Origin: Candidatus Omnitrophota bacterium
GTDB lineage: Bacteria > Omnitrophota > Gorgyraeia > 2-01-FULL-45-10
Direction: 5' to 3'
DNA: 64,000 bases
NCBI GenBank assembly: GCA_030695905.1
Contig: JAUYOL010000043.1
Coordinates: 194,561 to 258,560 of the forward strand
Shown here one piece after another: positions 10,981 through 20,640 of the stretch. The notes under the pieces are model-generated. The model made no database searches, was not told the DNA's origin, and saw only the letters and a list, made by a program, of their open reading frames with translations. Each line of letters begins with the position of its first letter. The stretch's first letter is position 1. Both the position numbers and the translations under genes were made by a program.

Positions 10981-11026
10981 ATAAAAAGCCCTGCCTAAGC
11001 CGAAACGGGCCTGGGCAGGTCGAAAA
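10981..11026 (-). terminator. putative rho-independent terminator downstream of gpsA
   Basis: On the minus strand, a GC-rich hairpin (CCTGCC...GGCAGG with an inner GCCCG/CGGGC pair) is followed by a CUUUUUAUUU tract about 20 nt after the gpsA stop. Confidence 0.5.
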
Positions 11027-11042
11027 ATGGCGTATCTAAAAT

Positions 11043-12044
11043 CTATGCTTCTACTTTTGGAGGACGTGTCATAAGATCATACACGGCCTTCTTTGGGTCT
11101 TTGTCTTCGTAAATGACCTTGTATATTTCGGAGGTTATCGGCATATCTATATTATATTTTTTTGCGAGGTCATACGCGGACTGTGTTGTGGCAACTCCTT
11201 CTACCACCATCTCGCTCTCTTTTAATACATCGCTTGGCGTCTTCCCCTTGCCTATCGCTTCCCCAAAATGCCTGTTCCTGGAATGCGTGCTTATACATGT
11301 AGTGGCAAGGTCTCCCAATCCGCTCAAACCGTAGAATGTCTCTTTCTTGGCGCCCATCGCAACGCCGAGGCGCACCATCTCCACCAGGCCCCTGGTAAGA
11401 AGCGCTGCCTTCGCGTTCGTTCCAAAACCGAGCCCGTCCGAGATACCCGCGGCAATAGCCACGACATTCTTCAGCGATCCGCCAAGCTCCGCACCAAGCA
11501 CATCTGTGGAAGCGTATACCCTGAAAGTATCTGTCATAAATACATCCTGGACTTGCTTGGCTAACTCGATATCACTCGCGGATGAGACTATTGTCGTAGG
11601 AACTTTTAGCGCGACCTCGTGAGCTATCGTTGGACCGGAGAGCACAGCTAAGGGTATTTTCCCCAGCACTTCATAAATAACATCGGACATGCATTTCAAA
11701 GTTTTATTCTCTATACCTTTAGCGACACTGACAAATATCTTCCCTGACATTTTACAGGCACTTAGCCTTGTTAATACTCCTCTCGTATATTGTGAAGGTA
11801 CTGCCAGCACCACAAGATCATTCCCATCCATAGCCACATCGAGCGAGGACGTTATCTGGACTTGGTTCGGAATGCGTATGCCCGGCAAAAACTTTGTATT
11901 AACCCTTTTCGATTTGAGTAAATTTGCGTAATCGGCGAATGCGCTCCAAAGAGTTACTTCATATCCTTTTTCCGATAATAGTATCGCGAGCGTCGTGCCC
12001 CATCCGCCGTCACCTATAACAGATATATTTTTTATTTTGCTCAT
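11043..12044 (-). CDS. gpsA: NAD(P)H-dependent glycerol-3-phosphate dehydrogenase
   Basis: 333 aa. N-terminal ISVIGDGGWGTTLA Rossmann motif. Overall GpsA-like. Confidence 0.9.
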   Translation of the reverse strand: MSKIKNISVIGDGGWGTTLAILLSEKGYEVTLWSAFADYANLLKSKRVNTKFLPGIRIPNQVQITSSLDVAMDGNDLVVLAVPSQYTRGVLTRLSACKMSGKIFVSVAKGIENKTLKCMSDVIYEVLGKIPLAVLSGPTIAHEVALKVPTTIVSSASDIELAKQVQDVFMTDTFRVYASTDVLGAELGGSLKNVVAIAAGISDGLGFGTNAKAALLTRGLVEMVRLGVAMGAKKETFYGLSGLGDLATTCISTHSRNRHFGEAIGKGKTPSDVLKESEMVVEGVATTQSAYDLAKKYNIDMPITSEIYKVIYEDKDPKKAVYDLMTRPPKVEA

Positions 12045-12808
12045 TCTTCCTCCACAGAACCACTCTTTACCCAGCCAAGTTTACCGTCGATACGCTTTAT
12101 CCTTCTCCAACCGTTCCGCGTTTTCAATACAAGTACCTCCTGCCCCTCCCGGAGGGTAAAATACGTCGTCGACTTATCTATCGGTTCGTATTTACATTCA
12201 ACATCCTTAACCACCACTATACCGCGCGTCAATATCTCTTCCTCGTAGTATCTGACAGAGAATCCCGCCAGCGCCAGTATAAATAATAACAGTATTGGGT
12301 AAAATATAAATGTTGCCCTTCTTTTAAACAGAGGGCTTATTATACCGCCGGCTATCAGGCCTATAACAATGAGATAAAACGCTATCAATATCCTCGCGAC
12401 CCCATTTAAGGTAAACTCCCGGAATGGTATCTTCGCCAGCCACGCGAATTTATTGGGAGTTGTGGCCTGCAAGCCGGAATCTTCGGTTAGAGATTGCGCA
12501 TATGAAAGATTTGATTTTAAGTCGCTATCGGCCGGTATAAGCCTTATGGCTTTCTTGTAATAAAGTATCGCGTATCCGGTTTTACCTGTTTTAAAATAGG
12601 CGTTGCCCATATTGTAATATAAGGGCCCACTCTCAATCCCCCCATCAGCTATCTTCTGATATTCTTCTATAGCCTTATCATATTCTCTTTTTTCATAAAA
12701 AGAATTTCCGTTATAAAAAAGACGGGTTGGATCATTTGAGGCTTCCTGCCCAAATGCCACGCCAAAAGAAGACAGAAGTATCGCAAGCGCAAGTAAATGT
12801 TTTATCAT
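12041..12808 (-). CDS. batE: BatE-like TPR/SH3b membrane protein, last gene of the Bat operon
   Basis: 255 aa. Signal peptide, TPR repeats (YYNMGNAYFKTGK), two TM segments and a C-terminal SH3b-like GWVKSGS. Overlaps batD by 4 nt. Confidence 0.6.
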   Translation of the reverse strand: MIKHLLALAILLSSFGVAFGQEASNDPTRLFYNGNSFYEKREYDKAIEEYQKIADGGIESGPLYYNMGNAYFKTGKTGYAILYYKKAIRLIPADSDLKSNLSYAQSLTEDSGLQATTPNKFAWLAKIPFREFTLNGVARILIAFYLIVIGLIAGGIISPLFKRRATFIFYPILLLFILALAGFSVRYYEEEILTRGIVVVKDVECKYEPIDKSTTYFTLREGQEVLVLKTRNGWRRIKRIDGKLGWVKSGSVEEE

Positions 12809-14691
12809 AGCTTCACCCGTTCAAAATATCTTATTATCTCTTCAAGCTCTTTCATGTCATCTTTCATTTTGAACTCATCTATATTGGAAAGCGCGAATTT
12901 CGCGCGGTCACACATTTCAAATATGCCCCGTATCTTATTTACTATCTGCGTGTCGGCATCCTTCGATTTGAGTATCGGCTCCACCGTATCAAATGTAAGG
13001 CCGGCAACCGGCAGATAAAGCTTGCCCCCCAGATAGTTTTGCATAGTTTTAAATAGTGTCTCGTAGAAACCTTTTGCGTCGTTCGATTTAAGGTGGTGCT
13101 TTAGCTTAAAAAACTCATACCTCATATTTTTAAACGCTTGAGTGCGATGAGCGTACCGCGTATCCCGTATTAACCTGTTTCTTCTCGCGTAAACAATATA
13201 AAGAGCCGTCAAAAATACCATTGGCATCGCAAATACAAGAAGAAATACGATATTATTATATATTCGGTAATCTTTTGTACGGACACGGCCGATAGATTCT
13301 TTAATATAAAGGATATCGCCCTGTGGCTCTTCTTTCCTCTCTTCCGGCATGCCGAAATTAATAGGCGTTGCCGGTGAAGGCAAGCCTTGGGGGGCGCCTA
13401 TTACCTGGGCGGGCGCATCTTTGACTTTTTCCACTACAAGCGGTACCGGACCCTGCACTATTGACTTGTATTCCTTCTTATTCGGATCGAAATAGGTAAA
13501 TACAGCTTTGGGCGTCTGATACACCTTATCCGATTCCGGTATCAGTATCTGCTTAAATGTCTTTCTGCTCGCTTCAGTCTTGGCTTGAGGCTCATAGATC
13601 CTGAAACCTTCCGTATTGTCAAGCTTGGGTATTATGACTGTGTTAAAATTCCCTATGCCATTTATCTCCATCTTCAATGTTACGGGGTCGCCGACTTTGA
13701 CCTTTTTAGGCCCTGCCTGAAATATAAACTGATAATCGCCTATAGCGCCGGAAAAATCGCTCGGCATTCCCTCTGCGGGTAAGGGCGACAGGATGACCTG
13801 AACCTCGTCCGACTTTAGTTCTACAGGGTATCGCTCATACCGGGTGAAGAATTCATCGAAGTACTGCCCCTGGGGGCCAGGTTCATTAAGGAAATCGTCG
13901 TTTAGCGCAGATGCCTGCCTTGTCCTTTTCCTGACAACGAGGTTACACTTTAACTTTGCGGGCCCTATCTTGTAATCACCGGCCCTTGTTCCGAATATGG
14001 TGGTTTTAAATTCCAATACGTCGAAAAGCATTCCGCCCATGCGTTCCCGATACTGTTTTGGTTCTTCAAATTGGGCCTTTGAAAATCCTTCCTGGCTAAA
14101 TGTGGGAAGCTGTATATCGCTTATATTAAGATTATTGCCGTAGAATTTTATAGTTACGGGGATTATCTCGTTTACATACGCTCTGGTCTTTTCAGCTTTT
14201 AGCGTCAAAAACAGCCTATCCTTTAAATCCAATGAATCTACAACGTCCTCTCCGGAACCTGCACTCTTTGCCTCCTCTTTTAAATCTTGTCTGGGCTTTT
14301 CTTCCGAGACTGTAAGAAAAGCGGAATTAGAAGTATATGTATTGCCTTCATATTTAAAACTGAACGGCCCAAATTGGAACTTTCCCATCCTGAGAGGCTG
14401 GATTTTATACATATGCGTTATCGATGAGGATACGTTGCCATTTATCACGGTCATCATCGTGGACGGGCCAAGATAACGCACATCGCACCCCTCGATATTG
14501 CCTATATCCGGAGCTGGAACATTCTGCGTGCCGTAGAATGTCAGCCCAAGCTGCGCCGTTTCACCTATAGCTACGGCCTTCTTATCTATGCTCGCTTCAA
14601 ATTTAACATCCTCGGCATAAATAAGCCCTGCGGTAACACAAGCGAGAGTAAGTATCAAAATTATTATTTTCGAATATCTCATATTTACCAA
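12805..14691 (-). CDS. batD: BatD-like oxygen-tolerance protein
   Basis: 628 aa. Signal peptide, a long beta-rich extracytoplasmic region, a C-terminal TM helix (NIVFLLVFAMPMVFLTALYIV) and a cytoplasmic tail. Position in the Bat operon. Confidence 0.7.
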   Translation of the reverse strand: MVNMRYSKIIILILTLACVTAGLIYAEDVKFEASIDKKAVAIGETAQLGLTFYGTQNVPAPDIGNIEGCDVRYLGPSTMMTVINGNVSSSITHMYKIQPLRMGKFQFGPFSFKYEGNTYTSNSAFLTVSEEKPRQDLKEEAKSAGSGEDVVDSLDLKDRLFLTLKAEKTRAYVNEIIPVTIKFYGNNLNISDIQLPTFSQEGFSKAQFEEPKQYRERMGGMLFDVLEFKTTIFGTRAGDYKIGPAKLKCNLVVRKRTRQASALNDDFLNEPGPQGQYFDEFFTRYERYPVELKSDEVQVILSPLPAEGMPSDFSGAIGDYQFIFQAGPKKVKVGDPVTLKMEINGIGNFNTVIIPKLDNTEGFRIYEPQAKTEASRKTFKQILIPESDKVYQTPKAVFTYFDPNKKEYKSIVQGPVPLVVEKVKDAPAQVIGAPQGLPSPATPINFGMPEERKEEPQGDILYIKESIGRVRTKDYRIYNNIVFLLVFAMPMVFLTALYIVYARRNRLIRDTRYAHRTQAFKNMRYEFFKLKHHLKSNDAKGFYETLFKTMQNYLGGKLYLPVAGLTFDTVEPILKSKDADTQIVNKIRGIFEMCDRAKFALSNIDEFKMKDDMKELEEIIRYFERVKL

Positions 14692-15848
14692 TTCTTGTCC
14701 GGATCAGGCAAGGGAACCTGCTTTCTTCTCATGCGTATCGACTGGCCCGTTGCTTCTTCACCCTTGTACCCCTCGAGAAGCATCTTAGCTTCCTGTTCCG
14801 TCATCTCTTTGGACTCGCCTTCTGAAGCCTGGTAAAACTGCATATTTTGACCTTCTTCACTCTGACCCTGCTGTTCTTGCTCTTTTTTCTGCTCTTCCTC
14901 TTGTTTTCTTTGCTGATCCTGTTTTTTCTGTTCTTCTTGTCGCTGTTTTTGTTCCTCTTGCTGCTCCCGCTCTTCTTGCTTACGCTGTTCTTCTTCTTTC
15001 TTTTTTTGTTCCTCCTGCTCCTTCTTCTTCTCTTCCTCTTGTTGTTGCCTCTGATCCTGCTTTTGTTTTTCCTGTTGCTGCTTATCCTGCTCACCCTTAC
15101 CTTCAGATTTTTGCTGGTCCTGTTGCTTATCTTTTTCGCTTTCAGGCTTATCTTTATCCTGCTCTTTGCCGCCACCACCCTGACTCTGATCCTGCTTATC
15201 CTTCTTATCCTGGCCCTGTTTTTGCTGTTGGGGCTCTTGCTGCTGATCTTTCTGCTTATCCTTTTGTTTATCCTGCTGCTGTTTTTGGTCCTGCTGATTC
15301 TTGTCTTGCTGATTGGGCTGTTGCTGATCCTTCTTGTCCTCCTGCTTCTTATCCTTTTGGCTCTCCTGCTTCTTCTTTAACGCCATCAGCTTCTGATCTA
15401 CAAACTCATAATTATACTTGGCATCCCTATCATTAGGATTCAAGTCTATAGAACGCTTATAAAATTCCAGCGCTGTCTCATAGGATCCTTTGGCTTTCTC
15501 CATATCCGTTTTTGCTGCCGCGCTGCCAATCTTATATTGTGCGTTACCTATATTATAATCGGTGGGCGATAATATGCCCGATTCGCCCGCAGCCAGCGCT
15601 TTATTGTATGACTCTATAGCCGCGGTATAATTTTCCTTGCTATACAGCGCATCGCCCTTGTTAAAACGCAGCATAGCGCTATCCGATTTTTTTTCCAGCG
15701 CGGCGTCATATACCTTTATCGCTTCGTCATATTTTTTGTTATTATACAATAAATTACCTTTTTTTACATCAGCGGCGGTTGAGGCAAACAACGCCTGAGC
15801 GCTCAAAAAGAACGATAAAATTGTCAGAAAAACTACTCTACGCGTCAC
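14685..15848 (-). CDS. batC: BatC-like TPR protein with a long K/Q/E/D-rich low-complexity C-terminal region
   Basis: 387 aa. Signal peptide, TPR repeats (LYNNKKYDEAIKVYDAAL...) and a roughly 230-aa charged low-complexity tract. Confidence 0.65.
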   Translation of the reverse strand: MTRRVVFLTILSFFLSAQALFASTAADVKKGNLLYNNKKYDEAIKVYDAALEKKSDSAMLRFNKGDALYSKENYTAAIESYNKALAAGESGILSPTDYNIGNAQYKIGSAAAKTDMEKAKGSYETALEFYKRSIDLNPNDRDAKYNYEFVDQKLMALKKKQESQKDKKQEDKKDQQQPNQQDKNQQDQKQQQDKQKDKQKDQQQEPQQQKQGQDKKDKQDQSQGGGGKEQDKDKPESEKDKQQDQQKSEGKGEQDKQQQEKQKQDQRQQQEEEKKKEQEEQKKKEEEQRKQEEREQQEEQKQRQEEQKKQDQQRKQEEEQKKEQEQQGQSEEGQNMQFYQASEGESKEMTEQEAKMLLEGYKGEEATGQSIRMRRKQVPLPDPDKNW

Positions 15849-15850
15849 AG

Positions 15851-16852
15851 CTACCTTCTCCTCTCAGAAAAAAGCGACTCTATCAACAGGAGAGCTATCG
15901 CGAGGGCCAGAAATATCTGATATCTTTCCTTGTAGTGCTTCTTCATCTTCGTGTCCAGTTCCTGCTTTTCCAATTTAGAGATTACTTTATCATACAGTAA
16001 TATGAGCCCAAAATCGCTTTGTGTGGCATGAACATAGCTTCCGCCCGTAGCGACGGCTATTCTCTTTAACAGCTCTTCGTTTAATCTCGTCTTAACGGCC
16101 TGGCCGCGCTTATCGGCAAGGTATGCTCTCTCTCCGCGCTCATCTATGGTAGGAATAAGCTCTCCTTCCGGGGTTCCGACGCCGATGCAGTATATTCTTA
16201 TACCTGCCTGAGCGGCTTCGTTTGCTACGCTTATAGCATCGCCCTCGAGTTCTTCACCGTCGGTAATCAGCACCAGCACTTTAAATTTCTTCTCGGGCCC
16301 CTTAAACGCGTTCATCGCTTCTTTGATAGCGCCGGATACGGATGTTCCGGGCCTCGGTATCGTATCTGTATTCATATCGTCAAGCGCCAGAAGAAAACCA
16401 TTATAATCTATAGTCAAAGGGCATTGTAGAAACGCGGTTCCCGCAAATGCCACCAACCCCACCCTGTCTCCATTTAATTTTTTAACAAGATCCTTTATCG
16501 CAAGCTTCGATCTTTCGAGCCTATTGGGCCTGACATCGCGGGCAAGCATACTTTTCGAAACATCAACGGCTATCAGCATATCGAGGCCGATCCTTTTTAT
16601 CTCCTGCCACTCGAAGCCCCACTGCGGGCGGGCAAGTGAGAATATACACAAAAGAAGCGCGCTCGCTATCAGGACTATCTTCCAAATTTTGCGGGCAATA
16701 CTTACTGTGGGCGTTATCCCGCCCAACATATTCTTATCGGCGAATTTTTCCATCAGGCTCTCGCGCCGCCTCATCACCAGTATATAGAATATGATTATCA
16801 GGACCGCGGAAGAGATGAATATTGATATATATTTTATGTCGCCGTAATGCAT
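15851..16852 (-). CDS. batB: BatB-like vWA domain membrane protein
   Basis: 333 aa. N-terminal TMs, then a vWA MIDAS motif (LIAVDVSKSM). Bat operon context. Confidence 0.75.
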   Translation of the reverse strand: MHYGDIKYISIFISSAVLIIIFYILVMRRRESLMEKFADKNMLGGITPTVSIARKIWKIVLIASALLLCIFSLARPQWGFEWQEIKRIGLDMLIAVDVSKSMLARDVRPNRLERSKLAIKDLVKKLNGDRVGLVAFAGTAFLQCPLTIDYNGFLLALDDMNTDTIPRPGTSVSGAIKEAMNAFKGPEKKFKVLVLITDGEELEGDAISVANEAAQAGIRIYCIGVGTPEGELIPTIDERGERAYLADKRGQAVKTRLNEELLKRIAVATGGSYVHATQSDFGLILLYDKVISKLEKQELDTKMKKHYKERYQIFLALAIALLLIESLFSERRR

Positions 16853-16854
16853 AT

Positions 16855-17853
16855 TTAGGGCACCTTCAAAAATATTGTATTCGACAAAAATATCTCCAAT
16901 GCCAACAATATCAGCCCGGGAATAAGAAATATCGGGAATAGCTCTGTATATTCCCTGTATCCTAAATGCTCGATATTGGATTTTTCGAGCCTGTTTATTT
17001 CGTCATAAATACGCCTGAGCTTCTCGGAGTCCGATGCCAGGAAGTACTTGCCGCCGGTAAGGTCGGCTATCTTCTTCATCGACTCCTCGTCTATCTCTAT
17101 GGGTATGTTCCTGTAAACGGTCCTGCCGTAAAAATCTTTTAATGGATACGGTGAAAGGCCTTTGGTCCCTACAGCTATCGTGTATATCTTTATCTTCAAC
17201 GCCCTTGCCGCTTCCGCCGCAACAATAGGCGAAATATTTCCCGCGTTATTTACGCCGTCAGTAAGAAGTATTACGACCTTGCTCTTCGTCTTACTCGTCC
17301 TTAAGCGGTTTATCGAGCTCGCTATGGCCGAACCTATAGCGGTGGCGTCCTCTATCATGCCTATTCGCACCCTGTCCAGATTTTCCAATAACCAGCCGTA
17401 ATCCGACGTAAGCGGGCAAACTGTGTAGGCGCGAGCCGCAAACGCTACGAGGCCTATCCTGTCATCCTTCCTTTTCGCTATAAAGTCCTTTACTACTTCT
17501 CTTACAAGATCGTATCTATTTACCCTCTTGGAGCCGAGCATAAAATCTTCGGCTAACATACTGGTAGAAGTGTCGAGGGTCAGGACTATATCGACTCCTT
17601 CCGAAACCGTCTTTGAGCCTTCCAGCATAGCCTGCGGCCTTGCCAACGCTATTATCATCAATGCCAATGCGACTATCTTAAGAACTATCAGGGATTTCCC
17701 TAACCGCACGCGAGCGGTCTGCTTCAAATCCTTCAGGAGCTCTTCAGAAGAAAATACAAAGCTTGAGCCCGAACGCCTTCGCCTCTCGATGAATAATATA
17801 AGAGGCAGTAACAATAAAAGCCAAAAAACGGCCGGGTCTTTAAACAGGAACAT
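16855..17853 (-). CDS. batA: BatA-like vWA domain membrane protein
   Basis: 332 aa. TM segments, vWA MIDAS (VLTLDTSTSM) and a C-terminal TM. Confidence 0.75.
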   Translation of the reverse strand: MFLFKDPAVFWLLLLLPLILFIERRRRSGSSFVFSSEELLKDLKQTARVRLGKSLIVLKIVALALMIIALARPQAMLEGSKTVSEGVDIVLTLDTSTSMLAEDFMLGSKRVNRYDLVREVVKDFIAKRKDDRIGLVAFAARAYTVCPLTSDYGWLLENLDRVRIGMIEDATAIGSAIASSINRLRTSKTKSKVVILLTDGVNNAGNISPIVAAEAARALKIKIYTIAVGTKGLSPYPLKDFYGRTVYRNIPIEIDEESMKKIADLTGGKYFLASDSEKLRRIYDEINRLEKSNIEHLGYREYTELFPIFLIPGLILLALEIFLSNTIFLKVP

Positions 17854-18757
17854 ACTCTCCTTTCGTCTCCTCTATAAACTTTTTCGCTGTGGTGAATACC
17901 GACCCTATCTCGTCTTTTGAGGGCGCATGCTTGGCAAACTTCACCAGATCGCATGCCTCCATAAAAGTTTTTAGCAATTCCCTATATCCTGTCGATATCT
18001 TCAATGAATCACCCAGGCTCGCTAAAAACTCCTGTGTCGTCATCTCCGGAGCTCTTAATTTAAAGACTGTCTCTATATAGCGCCGGACTGCGTCGGAGAC
18101 GGTTACGTAATAATCCTTAACATTGCCTGTCTTCGCGAATTCCGCCTTAGCCGATTCCAGCGCGTCTATAGCGGCCTCGTAAGGAAGTTTTGGCGGCGGG
18201 CTTTTCTTGAATTTTTTGAATAATTTTATTATCAGCCATAATACAAGCAATGCCGCCGCTATCCATAAGGCAAGTTTAAGAAAACTGAATGGATATATCG
18301 GCCCCTTGATATCCTTTACATCATAGAGGGCGACGTTTCTTGGCAGAACGCTTTCGACTGTAAACTCAAATTCCGGGGTTTTTAGAGTCCTCCAGTTGCC
18401 CTCTCCCTTCTCGCGGTACTTTATCTCTATCCCGGGGATCTTCCGCTTGCCCACATAGTAACCGGTTATATCGAGCCAGTTTACATAATGATGACTGCCA
18501 AACAAGGACCTCTTAATCTCTTTCCCTGAATCTTTTATCTCGCACTCACCGATCTTGCTATCCTTAAACTTAGGAAATTCTATCTCAAGATCGAGTTTCG
18601 AAAATATTTCGGCCTTATAATGTATCCTATCGCCTATAAGGATCCTCTTCCTGTTGATAGTTGTCTTTATAGAAGATGTGTCTTCATCGGCTGCCAGCGC
18701 GATATTTGATATAAGCAGAACACCGGTAATGAATATCATTCTATTGAAAAACTTCAC
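17840..18757 (-). CDS. DUF4381-like membrane protein with an extra N-terminal periplasmic domain
   Basis: 305 aa. Signal peptide, a roughly 140-aa beta-rich region, a TM (LALWIAAALLVLWLIIKLF), then a cytoplasmic helical domain with ...QEFLASLGD...CDLVKFAKHAPSKDE. Conserved position between DUF58 and batA. Confidence 0.5.
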   Translation of the reverse strand: MKFFNRMIFITGVLLISNIALAADEDTSSIKTTINRKRILIGDRIHYKAEIFSKLDLEIEFPKFKDSKIGECEIKDSGKEIKRSLFGSHHYVNWLDITGYYVGKRKIPGIEIKYREKGEGNWRTLKTPEFEFTVESVLPRNVALYDVKDIKGPIYPFSFLKLALWIAAALLVLWLIIKLFKKFKKSPPPKLPYEAAIDALESAKAEFAKTGNVKDYYVTVSDAVRRYIETVFKLRAPEMTTQEFLASLGDSLKISTGYRELLKTFMEACDLVKFAKHAPSKDEIGSVFTTAKKFIEETKGEYVPV

Positions 18758-19632
18758 TACATGCGCCTCTTTCTCATCCGGAAAAATTTTATAAATTCTT
18801 CTATGTATGATTTATCGGTACTTATATCTATGTGGTCCACTCCGACGGATCCGAATAATCTCGTCCTCTCACTTTGCATCTGGCTCGCTTTTTTCGCGTA
18901 TTTTTCTCTGACTTTAGCGCTTGAGGTATCGATCACATAGGGTCTTCCGCTTTCGGCGTCTGCGAGTTCGATTATGCCCGCGTCCGGCAGATGGCCTTCC
19001 CTGGGATCGGTTATGGTAATGGCGACGACATCATGTTTTTTGTTAGCTATGGAGAGAGGTTTTTTGAAATCATCCGCGAAGAAATCCGAGATTACAAATG
19101 TGACGGCCCTGCGCCTTATAACATTATCCAAGTAGCGCAGCGCCCCGGCAAGATCGGTCCCTTTGCCTTTAGGGGTAAAATACAAAGCTTCCCTTACCAC
19201 CCTTAGAACGTGATGAAGGCCTTTTCTGGGCGGGACAAACTTCTCAATCCTGTCCGTAAATATTATCAAGCCCACGCGGTCGTTATTCTGTATGGCGGCA
19301 AATGCCAGGACCGCCGATACTTCAGCGGCGAGTTCTTTCTTGAATCTTTTGGTAGTTCCGAAGCTTGAGGAGCTTGAGGCGTCGAGCAGGATCATTACGG
19401 TAAGCTGACGCTCTTCGACGTACTTCTTTACAAAAGGTGAACCGATGCGCGCCGTAACGTTCCAGTCTATGGAGCGTATCTCATCGCCGGGCTGGTATTC
19501 CCTTACCTCGTCAAACTCCATGCCACGGCCTTTGAATACGCTTTCATACTGGCCGGCGAGAAAGTCCGTGACCAGCCTCGAGGTCGTTATTTCAATGCGC
19601 CGTATTTTGCGTAATACTTCCTTCGGCAGCAT
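18757..19632 (-). CDS. DUF58 domain protein (MoxR-partner, vWA-like)
   Basis: 291 aa. Contains GQYESVFKGRGMEFDEVREYQPGDEIRSIDWNVTAR, the hallmark DUF58 motif. Confidence 0.8.
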   Translation of the reverse strand: MLPKEVLRKIRRIEITTSRLVTDFLAGQYESVFKGRGMEFDEVREYQPGDEIRSIDWNVTARIGSPFVKKYVEERQLTVMILLDASSSSSFGTTKRFKKELAAEVSAVLAFAAIQNNDRVGLIIFTDRIEKFVPPRKGLHHVLRVVREALYFTPKGKGTDLAGALRYLDNVIRRRAVTFVISDFFADDFKKPLSIANKKHDVVAITITDPREGHLPDAGIIELADAESGRPYVIDTSSAKVREKYAKKASQMQSERTRLFGSVGVDHIDISTDKSYIEEFIKFFRMRKRRM

Positions 19633-19633
19633 C

Positions 19634-20629
19634 TTACGGTACTTTTACTTCCTCAAAAATCTTTTTTATAATATCTTCGGAGTTCTTGTCTTCCGCCTCC
19701 GCCTCATAGCTTGCGATTATGCGGTGCCTTAATACGTCCATGCCGATAGTCTTTATATCCTGCGGAACAACATAACCGCGTCCCTGTAAAAACGCGTAAG
19801 CCTTTGCGGCCATCGATAGGTATATGCTTGCGCGGGGGGACGCGCCATACTGGATAAGCCCAACCAGCTCTTTAAGCCTGTATGCGTTAGGATCTCTGGT
19901 GGCGAATACTATGTCGATAATATATTTCTCGATTCTTTCGTCTATATAAATTTCATCGACCACTTTACGCGCTTTTATTATCTCGTCCGGAGTAACCACC
20001 GCTGCCACAGTGAGTTTTTTATCCGTAACCGCCATACGCTTCATTATCTTGTGCTCTTCTTCCTTGTTCGGGTACTCTATCTTTAATTTCAACATGAAGC
20101 GGTCCACCTGGGCTTCAGGCAGCGGATATGTGCCTTCGTGTTCTATTGGGTTCTGCGTCGCCAGAACAAGAAACGGCTCATCGAGTTTATAAGTATTTTC
20201 GCCTATAGTCACCTGTCTTTCCTGCATGGCTTCGAGTAAAGCGCTCTGTACTTTCGCGGGGGCCCTGTTTATTTCATCGGCTAAAATTATATTGGCAAAT
20301 ATGGGGCCTTTCTTGGTCGTAAATAAACCGTCCTTCGGACTGTATATAAGAGTTCCTATTAGATCCGCAGGTAAAAGATCGGGTGTAAACTGTATTCTCT
20401 GAAATTTGGTCTTTATTGCCTGGGCAAGCACCTTGACCGACAATGTCTTGGCAAGTCCCGGTACTCCTTCTATCAGAATGTGGCCGTTTGCCAGAAGGCC
20501 CACGAGCAGCCTCTCCAATAAATATCTTTGGCCTACTATCACCTTCTCCATTTCGGCAAGAAGTTTATTTACAAAATCGCTCTCTTTCTTTACCTTCTCA
20601 TTTATCGCTTCTACTGACGTCCCCACCAT
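19634..20629 (-). CDS. moxR: MoxR-family AAA+ ATPase
   Basis: 331 aa. Walker A (EGVPGLAKT) and Walker B (ILADEINRA). MoxR architecture. First gene of the Bat operon. Confidence 0.9.
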   Translation of the reverse strand: MVGTSVEAINEKVKKESDFVNKLLAEMEKVIVGQRYLLERLLVGLLANGHILIEGVPGLAKTLSVKVLAQAIKTKFQRIQFTPDLLPADLIGTLIYSPKDGLFTTKKGPIFANIILADEINRAPAKVQSALLEAMQERQVTIGENTYKLDEPFLVLATQNPIEHEGTYPLPEAQVDRFMLKLKIEYPNKEEEHKIMKRMAVTDKKLTVAAVVTPDEIIKARKVVDEIYIDERIEKYIIDIVFATRDPNAYRLKELVGLIQYGASPRASIYLSMAAKAYAFLQGRGYVVPQDIKTIGMDVLRHRIIASYEAEAEDKNSEDIIKKIFEEVKVP

Positions 20630-20640
20630 ATTTTCCTCCT

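Noticed and set aside
14847-15380. 177-aa poly-Leu/Phe ORF on the plus strand
   Set aside because: It is the antisense shadow of the BatC K/Q/E-rich low-complexity tract. It has no start context and lies entirely within a well-supported minus-strand gene
14801-15380. Repetitive DNA that could look like a CRISPR array or tandem repeat at first glance
   Set aside because: There are no regular repeat-spacer units. The region is in-frame coding low complexity. No cas genes are present anywhere in the window
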